Below are positions 1 through 7,732 of a stretch of DNA of 31,762 bases, in pieces. The stretch is taken from the NCBI RefSeq assembly GCF_900167395.1, contig NZ_FUWK01000034.1, positions 1 to 31,762 on the forward strand, in the 5' to 3' direction. The translations under genes and the position numbers were made by a program. Origin of the DNA: Nitrosomonas europaea. Its GTDB lineage: Bacteria > Pseudomonadota > Gammaproteobacteria > Burkholderiales > Nitrosomonadaceae. The notes below the pieces were generated by a model, which had not been told where the DNA came from, searched no databases, and saw only the letters and a program-made list of their open reading frames with translations. Position 1 is the first letter of the stretch; the number at the start of each line of letters is the position of its first letter.

Positions 1-314
1 CCCAGTGGCTCACTGAAGCACTGGACCAGCAAAACCTTCAACTCATTACTCCCCTCAGGAAAAACATGAGGCCTGTGCCTCGTACCAGGTTCGAGAAAGT
101 CATTCTGCGTCGCCGTTCCCTGATTGAAACCGTCTTTGATGAATTGAAGAATCTTTGCCAGATCGAGCATACCCGACACCGCTCTCTCTTCAATTTTATC
201 GTTAACCTAATGGCTGGTATCGTCGCTTACTGTTTGTCCGATAACAAACCAACTTTGAATCTGACCAGGGTCAACAGCCTGGCTAAAGCTTAAGGGCTTA
301 TCCCGAACTCAGGT
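1..314 (+). mobile_element. Right-hand end of an IS982-family insertion sequence; the element continues beyond the left window edge
   Basis: The transposase frame is open from base 3 to the TAA at 291-293. The adjacent EAL-domain ORF breaks off within about 20 nt of the transposase stop. The sequence CCCGAACTCAGGT at 302-314 looks like a terminal repeat. The exact terminus (about 310-320) is not determined. Confidence 0.65.
3..293 (+). CDS. IS982-family DDE transposase, C-terminal part (5' end outside the window)
   Basis: There is no stop upstream of the listed Met at 66 (QWLTEALDQQNLQLITPLRKNMRPV...). The motifs LITPLRKNM and RRRSLIETVFDELKNLCQIEHTRHRS, plus the hydrophobic tail LMAGIVAYCL, are typical of IS982-family transposases. 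Confidence 0.7.
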   Translation, partial: QWLTEALDQQNLQLITPLRKNMRPVPRTRFEKVILRRRSLIETVFDELKNLCQIEHTRHRSLFNFIVNLMAGIVAYCLSDNKPTLNLTRVNSLAKA

Positions 315-2824
315 TAAATAGAGAGCGCCTGGTTGATGGCTGGTAATAACTCCGGATCGTTAAAGGCATGTGCCGACAAATTGATAGACAGACTGATTCG
401 GCTGATTCCTGTCTGGTTGATTCTGGCAGCAAGTGCAATTGCCTTGCGAAGTACCAGATGATCGATCCTGTGGATAAGCCCGGTATGCTCTGCTGCACGG
501 ATGAATGCAGCCGGAGAGTGAATCGTTCCATCTTCATCCCGCATGCGCAGCAAAACTTCGTAATAATGAATCGATCTGTCGCTCAGGGACTGGATAGGCT
601 GCAGATAAAGCAGATACTGATCATGCATATGGGCATATTCAATTTTCTCTTTCCAGTAAACCAGCGTATGCACACGCTCTCGCGCCTGATCGATACTGGA
701 ATATACATGCCAGGTTCCACGCCCCGTTTCCTTGGCCTGATACATGGCAAGGTCAGCGGCTGCTAGTAGATCGTGAACATTGTTTCCATGTTCGGGAAAG
801 ATCACGATTCCGATACTGGCCGAAATGCTGTGTGTTCTGCCGTTGAATGACAGTTGCGTTTCTCCCAGGCGGGCAAGAATTTTTTTTGCAACTTCGATGG
901 CTGCTTCAGGGGTGATTTCCGGTAAGATGACAGCGAATTCGTCTCCACCCAGCCGCCCGGCAATATCAGCGGTGCGAATCGTGCGAGACAGCATGCCAGC
1001 GACCATTTTCAACATGGTATCACCCGCCTGATGGCCGCTGGTATCATTTACGAACTTAAACCGATCCAGATCGAAAAACAGCAGTGCTCCGGGGTGCTGG
1101 TATCTTTCTGCCCAGCCGAGTATCTGCTCCAGTTCTTCGCTGAATCGACGACGGTTATACAGATTTGTCAATGGATCGTGATCTGCTAGCCACGCCAGAT
1201 GGCCTTCCACACGTTTGTATTCGGTAATGTCCAGCCCAACCGACAGAATTGCCGAAGGATCATCCTTGGATTGCCACGTCAGGCGTGAATGAAGCCAGGC
1301 AATGTGTCGTTGTGAATCATCTTTACATATCACGACAGCTTCATGTCGTAATTGATCACGCTGTCCCTGGCGAATTTCCAGCAAATGCAGATCGAGATTA
1401 TATTGCTCGCTATCGGATGCAAGCAGTTCCAGAAAATGTCTGCCTTGCAGCTCACTTTCGCTGTAGCGGGTCAGCATCTCCCCGTAAGCATTGAGCATCA
1501 CTATCTTTCCACTGGCATCCTGTGTCAGAACGATGACCTGTGCAGTATCCAGCAGATTTTCGATGAAATCTTTCTCTTTGCTGAGTTCATCACGCTGGCT
1601 GATCAGCATTTTGGTGCGGTAGGCAATTTTTTCTTCCAGGCTCTCAAGCTTATGAGAAAGTGCCAATGATGCATCATGCATGAGGTCGATTTCATCTTTG
1701 AAGAGACGCTTTTTCCAGCGGGAGGCAAGCGTACTGCGAAAACTGCCGAAACCGCCACCGGCCAGCAGTGGCATGATGGAAACAATATGCTTGAGCAGGG
1801 ATAGCGATGTGGTCAGTATGCTGAACAGGATGATTCCAGAAAGTAACAAACTGCCCAGACCAATGACGATGATACGCCAGATAGAATCCTGAATTGCCCG
1901 AACGGTATCGGTTACTTCAGTGATAATAACCAGCTGTGCCTGGTCAGCTATACGAATTCCCTGCAGAGGCAGCAGCTTTATCTGATGATACCGGCTGCTC
2001 CATTTATTCTGAATACCTTGACCGATGATTTTCAAATCGGGGTAGGTCATGGCTGCTTTTTTCAGAATAGCAAAATTTTTTTTGCTGTCCGTCATGGCTG
2101 CGATATAAACATCCCATTCGGGGATACTCATGCTGCCATTATTGAATGATTCACCTTCATGTGCGGGAATAAGCGTGTTCTTGACAAACAATCCGATATC
2201 CGAGCCCGATGCACGTTTGAAATTTAGGAATACGTCGACCAGGGATGATCCGATGACGATAGTGCCGACACGTGTACTTTCAACCAGTAAAGGCTCGATT
2301 ATGTACTGAGTGCAGCTCTCCACACATATCATCAGAGTAGCAGGCTGTTCATGCAGGTTGACTTCACGTATATGATCAAGAATGAGGTTATCGCGATAGT
2401 TGTTGGCTTCGAAATTACCCCACTTTGCCAGGAGCGAATCAGATGAATCATAAAAGCGCACATCTTCAATATCATTTTGAATCTGAAACAACGTCCAGTA
2501 CCGATCAAATGTATCGAATACTTTATCCGCCATTCCTGATAGAAGACTCGGTTCCATATCCTTCAGGTAGGGAATGATCCTGACCAGTCCGTGCAAATTT
2601 TCAGAATTACGACCAATCAGGCTTTCTATTTCTCTGGCATAGCGCCGATACTTTGCTTCTCTTTCCTGATCGATACTGTCAATCAGACTTTGATAATTGA
2701 TGACACTGAAAATTGTTACCACAAGCAGTAGAATCAGACTGCTCAGAAGTGAAATTTTCCAGTTTAATCCGATAAATATTTTTGAAGCTTTTTTACCGGC
2801 TTTTTTTTGAATATCTGAATCCAC
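314..2824 (-). CDS. Membrane sensor diguanylate cyclase/phosphodiesterase (periplasmic Cache-like domain, TM, coiled coil, PAS, GGDEF, EAL) with a truncated EAL domain
   Basis: Two TM segments flank a periplasmic region of about 280 aa. A PAS-like region is present. The GGDEF motif is intact (RLGGDEFAVILPE), with an RxxD I-site (RTAD) five residues upstream. The EAL domain starts at YLQPIQ...YYEVLLR but ends about 100 aa in (…INQALSI*), directly at the IS982 junction. Confidence 0.85.
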   Translation of the reverse strand: MDSDIQKKAGKKASKIFIGLNWKISLLSSLILLLVVTIFSVINYQSLIDSIDQEREAKYRRYAREIESLIGRNSENLHGLVRIIPYLKDMEPSLLSGMADKVFDTFDRYWTLFQIQNDIEDVRFYDSSDSLLAKWGNFEANNYRDNLILDHIREVNLHEQPATLMICVESCTQYIIEPLLVESTRVGTIVIGSSLVDVFLNFKRASGSDIGLFVKNTLIPAHEGESFNNGSMSIPEWDVYIAAMTDSKKNFAILKKAAMTYPDLKIIGQGIQNKWSSRYHQIKLLPLQGIRIADQAQLVIITEVTDTVRAIQDSIWRIIVIGLGSLLLSGIILFSILTTSLSLLKHIVSIMPLLAGGGFGSFRSTLASRWKKRLFKDEIDLMHDASLALSHKLESLEEKIAYRTKMLISQRDELSKEKDFIENLLDTAQVIVLTQDASGKIVMLNAYGEMLTRYSESELQGRHFLELLASDSEQYNLDLHLLEIRQGQRDQLRHEAVVICKDDSQRHIAWLHSRLTWQSKDDPSAILSVGLDITEYKRVEGHLAWLADHDPLTNLYNRRRFSEELEQILGWAERYQHPGALLFFDLDRFKFVNDTSGHQAGDTMLKMVAGMLSRTIRTADIAGRLGGDEFAVILPEITPEAAIEVAKKILARLGETQLSFNGRTHSISASIGIVIFPEHGNNVHDLLAAADLAMYQAKETGRGTWHVYSSIDQARERVHTLVYWKEKIEYAHMHDQYLLYLQPIQSLSDRSIHYYEVLLRMRDEDGTIHSPAAFIRAAEHTGLIHRIDHLVLRKAIALAARINQTGISRISLSINLSAHAFNDPELLPAINQALSI

Positions 2825-2853
2825 GAAGGCAACGGATTTGATTAAGTGATGAT

Positions 2854-4089
2854 TCAGAAACGGTAGGAAGCCTGTACAGCGAACAGATTCCAGTTTTTTC
2901 CGGTATGGGACATATCGGGATTATCTAGCGGAGATAGCCAAGCCGTGCCGTTGATCCGATGATATTCTGTACTCAACATGATGGCAGGCGTAATATTCCA
3001 GCGTAATCCTACCGTGATATCCTTAGCGTAGTAATTATGTGCCGGGTATAGGTAACCGGTACTGGCAGAAAATTTTTTACCACTACGGTCTTTCCTATTA
3101 GTGAACAACAAATCATAACGCAACACTGCTTCCCAGTTTGGATAGAACCGATAGACGCCTTGCAGATAAAAACTTTCTCCCGTAAAACTTTGCTGAAAAG
3201 CTGCATGGTTACCAAAATCTTTCCATGCGAGATGGCGTAGCGCATATTCAGACGTTATGCTCCAACGCTCTGCGTTGTATTGAGCGGATAAAATTAAAGG
3301 GGAGAATCTGAATGAGCCATTAAGTAGAGTATCATTGTAACCTGGGCTATACCCAACATTAGCTTGGGCTCCACTTATTGCCAGACGGAGTTTTCCATCT
3401 GCCTGCTCATAAAGTATCCGACCAATATATGATAACTTTGTTTTAAGATCGCCACGGTGTTGTAATGATCGTAACACCGATATCTCAGTATCATGACCGT
3501 CTACTTGGGGAAAAGCAGCTCCAAATTGTACGGTAATATTTCCCCAGTCCGCGCGCGATTCTCCGTATACCTGAATCCCATCTGAAGCTAGTGCAAGATT
3601 GCGAGTACGATCGAAATAGATTGACTGAGGCAGCAGTATGCTCGGGCGAGTAAATGGTACATCGCGTGTATCGTTATAAAACCCGAATGGATTCTTCATC
3701 CTGCCCAGACGTATGCCGATTTCAGCTGCAGGTGTATTGGCGAAATTATAATCTAGAAAACCGAAATCAATGTGGATGCCACCGTTGCTGCCTTCTCCAG
3801 CTCTGCGATGGAGTAATTGACCGGATAATTGCAGTTTTGGTGAGGGACGCAAAGAAGCCGTCAGGCCAATTTCCCGGAAATCGAGACTGCCAGAATCGTT
3901 ACTGTGACCAAAAAAATTGTTCTTGTTCGTCTTGATGTAGCCCTGGCTCAGAAAACCATTCAGTTTGAACAGATCCAGGTTTTGTAATTTAGGCAGCTCT
4001 TCCGCCAGAACGGATCTGGCCAGAAAAATCAGTGACAGGGCTGAGCTGCCTAAAAAGAAAGCTATAGTTGAAAATCTGCTGTTACTCAT
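2854..4089 (-). CDS. Outer-membrane beta-barrel (porin-like) protein of unknown family
   Basis: It has a signal peptide (MSNSRFSTIAFFLGSSALSLIFLARSVLA), alternating beta-strand-like sequence and a C-terminal ...QASYRF aromatic terminus typical of OMPs. I prefer the start at 4089 because its ATG sits inside the GATGAGTAA stop region of the upstream gene (8-nt overlap). The track start at 4116 is the alternative. Confidence 0.65.
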   Translation of the reverse strand: MSNSRFSTIAFFLGSSALSLIFLARSVLAEELPKLQNLDLFKLNGFLSQGYIKTNKNNFFGHSNDSGSLDFREIGLTASLRPSPKLQLSGQLLHRRAGEGSNGGIHIDFGFLDYNFANTPAAEIGIRLGRMKNPFGFYNDTRDVPFTRPSILLPQSIYFDRTRNLALASDGIQVYGESRADWGNITVQFGAAFPQVDGHDTEISVLRSLQHRGDLKTKLSYIGRILYEQADGKLRLAISGAQANVGYSPGYNDTLLNGSFRFSPLILSAQYNAERWSITSEYALRHLAWKDFGNHAAFQQSFTGESFYLQGVYRFYPNWEAVLRYDLLFTNRKDRSGKKFSASTGYLYPAHNYYAKDITVGLRWNITPAIMLSTEYHRINGTAWLSPLDNPDMSHTGKNWNLFAVQASYRF

Positions 4090-4537
4090 CGATATGAACG
4101 ACCTGGACACTATCATTAATCATACTTCCACTCAAATAACCAATTGCACCCGGTGTTGATGCAATTCTGGCACGCATTTCTTCTTCAGTATGTACGACAA
4201 ACGGTGCTTGTCCGGTTCCGGAATAGACCATGCGATCCCACGCTGATCGCAATTGGTAAGGAAAAATATTCAGTTTCTGTTTTGTAAAAGTGCTGTGTAA
4301 TGGCGCGTCATCCGGCAAAACGAACACTCTGACGGGCAACCCATCCTGCCAAGTTCTGAGACGCATGCCAAAAATGGAACGTAACAGATTTTTGGAAAGA
4401 TAGTTCGAGTTGACGCCGGGATGGGTGATAACTTCGACCGAACCGTCAAAGGATAAGGCATTACCTGCGAAAGAAAATGTGACCAGCAGGGTAAGAAAAA
4501 GAATACCTCGGAGCCAGTAACTAAAGAATCCCATCAC
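4082..4537 (-). CDS. Small secreted periplasmic protein resembling a phosphate-binding-protein (PBP-like) domain
   Basis: It has a signal peptide (MMGFFSYWLRGILFLTLLVTFSFAGNALS). The mature region (ITHPGVNSNYLSKNLLRSIFGMRLRTWQDG...PGAIGYLS) resembles PstS/PBP-like substrate-binding folds. This assignment is by eye only. Confidence 0.55.
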   Translation of the reverse strand: MMGFFSYWLRGILFLTLLVTFSFAGNALSFDGSVEVITHPGVNSNYLSKNLLRSIFGMRLRTWQDGLPVRVFVLPDDAPLHSTFTKQKLNIFPYQLRSAWDRMVYSGTGQAPFVVHTEEEMRARIASTPGAIGYLSGSMINDSVQVVHIDE

Positions 4538-4564
4538 AATGACGAGTGTTATCGATACTGATGG

Positions 4565-5356
4565 TTATTCCGATATATAAACATTATCGGTATACGCTGT
4601 TTTAAGCGTTTTCTGATGTATGCAGGCCAGGTTCATGGGCCATATTCTTCCGTGATCGGTAATAAGCTCCCAGAGTGAACGATGATCCTGATACATTCGA
4701 TCAAGTAAATCAGGCAGATAAAGATAATAAGGAGTACGAAGACCATGATAATCGGCTGGTGGGCCGATTGGATTCATTTGTAAGCTGTAAAAACCTAGTA
4801 ATTTGTTTAAAGCTGGCTCCATGGCCGAAATTAAATGGTAGATATTATTTCGTGCACATAATTGTATAAGTCCGACAACAAGCCCGAGCATCGGATGCGG
4901 AAAGCGACGGCGTTCCTGTGCTTTGCATCCTATTTCAGTAGATTGTGATAGCATATTGCGCTCGCCTTTTCGTTTGAAAAAATCGCTGAGAATAGCAAAG
5001 CGCGATACTTCAGTAGTATGTTTCCGAGACGATGAATCCAGAACAAAGCCAGGATAAAAATGAGTGTTGAGCTCTGTCGGAAATTTATCCATAGGATCGA
5101 GCGGATTGGGCAGGATCAACCTGGTTGTGCCAATGAAAGTATTGGTTGGCCGATGGCGCAATAAAAAATGGATTGAGTGACTGTCATATTGATCACTCTC
5201 CAACTCGTTTGGATAATTGTTAGTGTCAAACCCGGGAATGACATTGTGAACACACAAAATCCGATAGCGTAAATCGAACACCGTTTTAAGTAATTCCGGT
5301 GTGTCGGCATCGATGATTTCGAAATACTGATGAAAAGCTGCTTCGATATCGTTCAT
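4565..5356 (-). CDS. PEP-CTERM/exosortase system-associated acyltransferase (GNAT-fold, LuxI / N-acyl amino acid synthase-like; TIGR03694-type)
   Basis: Family-typical N-terminus YFEII.A.TPELL..VFDLRYRILCVH...ESDQYDSHSIHFLLRH...IGTTRLILP. An EVSRFAI motif is analogous to the autoinducer-synthase core. An AGGAAA RBS lies 5' of the ATG. Confidence 0.75.
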   Translation of the reverse strand: MNDIEAAFHQYFEIIDADTPELLKTVFDLRYRILCVHNVIPGFDTNNYPNELESDQYDSHSIHFLLRHRPTNTFIGTTRLILPNPLDPMDKFPTELNTHFYPGFVLDSSSRKHTTEVSRFAILSDFFKRKGERNMLSQSTEIGCKAQERRRFPHPMLGLVVGLIQLCARNNIYHLISAMEPALNKLLGFYSLQMNPIGPPADYHGLRTPYYLYLPDLLDRMYQDHRSLWELITDHGRIWPMNLACIHQKTLKTAYTDNVYISE

Positions 5357-5454
5357 ACTTTTCCTTGATCAGGCTGTATTTAAGAAGATCTGAGATTCAG
5401 ATCAGATTTTATTACTGGAATCAGTTTCCAATTCAGGGAATATATGAACGATAT
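5346..5454 (-). promoter_or_regulatory. Structured 5' leader of the acyltransferase gene, with an anti-start-codon helix enclosing two hairpins
   Basis: A perfect 12-bp inverted repeat joins ATATCGTTCATA (5346-5357, covering the start codon at 5354-5356) to TATGAACGATAT (5443-5454). Inside it are the hairpins GATCTGA-gat-TCAGATC (5387-5403) and TGGAA-tcagt-TTCCA (5416-5430). Confidence 0.5.
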
Positions 5455-5572
5455 GACTTTATATTTTTTCCCTGGGCACCGGCATCATCGTTATTTGTTA
5501 TATTTTTCCGTATATTTACATGTTATTTAGCCTGAATTCAGACAAACATGTCGTTAAAATAAAACGTACTTT

Positions 5573-5601
5573 ACTATACTTGTGTCGTCAAAATATGACA
5601 A
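5573..5601 (-). promoter_or_regulatory. Candidate sigma70 promoter for the acyltransferase operon
   Basis: The minus strand reads TTGTCA-17 nt-TATAGT (-35 at 5596-5601, -10 at 5573-5578). This would give a leader of about 210 nt that contains the structured element. Confidence 0.4.
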
Positions 5602-5729
5602 GCCGATGTTTGTTGAATAATGGTTGACTGTTTTCGATATCGGGAGCTCATTTATCGAATGACCACGGCTTTTTTACCGGTATCAATTCTCCCTTTTATT
5701 TACTGCCGAAATTCAGAATCAGATAAAAA

Positions 5730-7589
5730 TTAAACTTTTATCGGGTGATGCTGTTTGAACCAATATTCCAGCATCATCAGCAGCCATACCATCGTGCCGT
5801 GATAACTGGCATGTTCATGAAGATGCTGATCAAGCAGCTGGTCGATGAAATCGGTGCGTATGATGTTGCGTGATTTGAGGTCACTCAGACTGTCTGCAGC
5901 AATTTCCCGCAAAGGTCTGTGTGTCTGGAGCCAGACACCGAACGGCAAGCCAAACCCCTGTTTTTGTTTGGTAATGATCTCATCCGGTAAAAAACCACGT
6001 AACGCCTGTTTAAAGAAATAACGCAACTGCGTTCCTTTCAATTTCTGTTCAGGAGGAAGCGCGAGAGAAAAAGCGAGTATTTCATCATTAACAAACGGGA
6101 AAGCCACTTCCATGCCGGCCAGATGACAGGCCTGGACAACTTTTGGGAAATCATTGTCTGCCAGTGTGAATTTCCAGTCGAAGGCAAGCATGCGGTTGAT
6201 CAGGCTGCGTGCATGAGACACATCCTGATAGGTTCGTTCAATCAGCAAAGCGGGTTGCGCTGTATCGATCTTTGCCAGTAATTCCGGTGAAAATACAGTT
6301 TCAAACCCATAATGTGCCAGCAGATTATAAGTCTCCATGCGATGAGGCATGGGAACCGTTGCCTGTGCGACATAGCTTCGCGCCTTGCGCAGCAGTTTGG
6401 GTCCTTTGTTCTCTGGAAGAGACAAAATAAAGGGGGAAAGCAGGTAATTTCTCAGGGGTGCCGGGATTTTGTCGTAAAGTGAAAAAATATATTGTTTTGC
6501 GTAACGTACATTACCACCGAACAGCTCATCACCCCCATCGCCACCGAGTAGCAAGTCGAGTCCGTCATTTCTGGCCATGCGCCCGCAGTAATAAGCCGGA
6601 AGCGCCGATGCATTACCAAAAGGTTGATCGAAGACCGAAGCAATCAACGGGATCGTTTCTACGACATCGTCTGGTGTGACATAGTACTCATGGTGATCGG
6701 TCGCGAAATGCCGGGCGGCAATACGTGCGTAATGCATTTCATCGTAGCCGGTGGCTTCAAAGCCGATTGAATAGGTTTTGGCGGGTTCACCCGTGACTTC
6801 TGTCAATATCCCTGCCAGAGTGGAACTGTCTGTCCCCCCGCTCAGAAATGTACCTGCTTTCTGACCCTGTACCGCTTCACTGACACTTTTTCTGAGCAGG
6901 GAGAGAAATTCCTGTTGAAGCTCGGGGAAGGGGCGTTTTATATCTTCATCAAACCGGATTTGCGTATAACGGCCGATTTCCGTGTGGCCATCGTGGAAAT
7001 GCAGATACTCACCAGGAAGCAGGCGCTTCTGGGCCAGATAGATGGTATCCGGCCCCGGTATCATGTGAAAGTAAAGGTAGTTGAGCAGCCCTTGCGGATT
7101 GATTTCAGTATTGGCCCGGGGATGGGTGAGCAGGGCATCGGCAGAAGTGCCAAATAAAATTCCGTCGTCACCCAGCGACTGGTAATAAAGTACGTGTGTA
7201 CCCAGTGGATCGATGGCCAGAGCAACTTCACGTGCATGGCTGTCCACGATGCAGCAAACGAATTCACCAGCGAGCTCGGAGAAGGCTTGCCTGCCTTTCT
7301 GCTTCCACTGATCTGCAAGTGCCGCTGCCATTCCTCTGGCATCGATGGCTGTCTGCAGATCTGTATTCCGGGATTTTATCCTTCCCCAGATCCCTACCAG
7401 TAAGCCTTCTTTTTCATACAGATGCGAATGGCTTGTTTTTGCGGCGACGGAAAGAGCGGCATTGCCCTGTACCGCTGTCTGCACAGGATTGCTGTCAAAA
7501 CGAATCAGCGAACCGGTCATGCGATCAATGATCTGCTGATTTTCGATTGCCAGGTGATCTGCTCCCAGCCAGCCACATATTCCGCTCAT
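5730..7589 (-). CDS. Asparagine synthetase-like glutamine amidotransferase (exosortase A system-associated amidotransferase 1 type, TIGR03108-like)
   Basis: It has an N-terminal Ntn glutaminase domain (MSGICGW...) and a C-terminal PP-loop synthetase domain (FLSGGTDSS). A GAGGAG RBS precedes the ATG. Confidence 0.85.
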   Translation of the reverse strand: MSGICGWLGADHLAIENQQIIDRMTGSLIRFDSNPVQTAVQGNAALSVAAKTSHSHLYEKEGLLVGIWGRIKSRNTDLQTAIDARGMAAALADQWKQKGRQAFSELAGEFVCCIVDSHAREVALAIDPLGTHVLYYQSLGDDGILFGTSADALLTHPRANTEINPQGLLNYLYFHMIPGPDTIYLAQKRLLPGEYLHFHDGHTEIGRYTQIRFDEDIKRPFPELQQEFLSLLRKSVSEAVQGQKAGTFLSGGTDSSTLAGILTEVTGEPAKTYSIGFEATGYDEMHYARIAARHFATDHHEYYVTPDDVVETIPLIASVFDQPFGNASALPAYYCGRMARNDGLDLLLGGDGGDELFGGNVRYAKQYIFSLYDKIPAPLRNYLLSPFILSLPENKGPKLLRKARSYVAQATVPMPHRMETYNLLAHYGFETVFSPELLAKIDTAQPALLIERTYQDVSHARSLINRMLAFDWKFTLADNDFPKVVQACHLAGMEVAFPFVNDEILAFSLALPPEQKLKGTQLRYFFKQALRGFLPDEIITKQKQGFGLPFGVWLQTHRPLREIAADSLSDLKSRNIIRTDFIDQLLDQHLHEHASYHGTMVWLLMMLEYWFKQHHPIKV

Positions 7590-7716
7590 ATCATCTCCTC
7601 ATTCGATATTGAATTCATGTCATTCCCGGATATGATTTCAACATGATTTGTTCTCTACATTGTTGTGAATCATTATTTGTCACACATGTGGTGTGTGATT
7701 GGTGTTTTCCGCGGCA

Positions 7717-7732
7717 TGCCCGCAGAGTGCCG
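7717..7732 (-). promoter_or_regulatory. Candidate sigma54 (-24/-12) promoter upstream of the amidotransferase gene
   Basis: The minus strand reads CGGCAC-TCTGC-GGGCA against the consensus TGGCAC-N5-TTGCA. The GG and GC dinucleotides are correctly spaced. The site is about 130 nt upstream of the start at 7589, and a sigma54-dependent activator (PrsR) is encoded in the same cluster. Confidence 0.4.

Noticed and set aside
368-1892. Several plus-strand ORFs (368-766, 780-1031, 1249-1494, 1352-1669, 1680-1892) and minus-strand ORFs (298-537, 1603-1785) inside the GGDEF-EAL gene
   Set aside because: All lie antisense to, or out of frame with, a long ORF that has clear domain content. Their translations are low-complexity or Cys/Arg/Ser-rich and have no recognisable motifs or RBS. 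They are shadow ORFs.
5469-5486. A sigma54-like string, TGGGCACCGGCATCA, on the plus strand
   Set aside because: The GG-to-GC spacing does not fit the -24/-12 geometry, and there is no plus-strand gene downstream.
5444-5530. A 28-codon plus-strand ORF (MNDMTLYFFPGHRHH...) that begins with the same MND as the acyltransferase
   Set aside because: The shared MND is a by-product of the 12-bp inverted repeat. The ORF has no RBS, points away from any gene and has an implausible composition. I treat it as the upstream arm of the leader helix.
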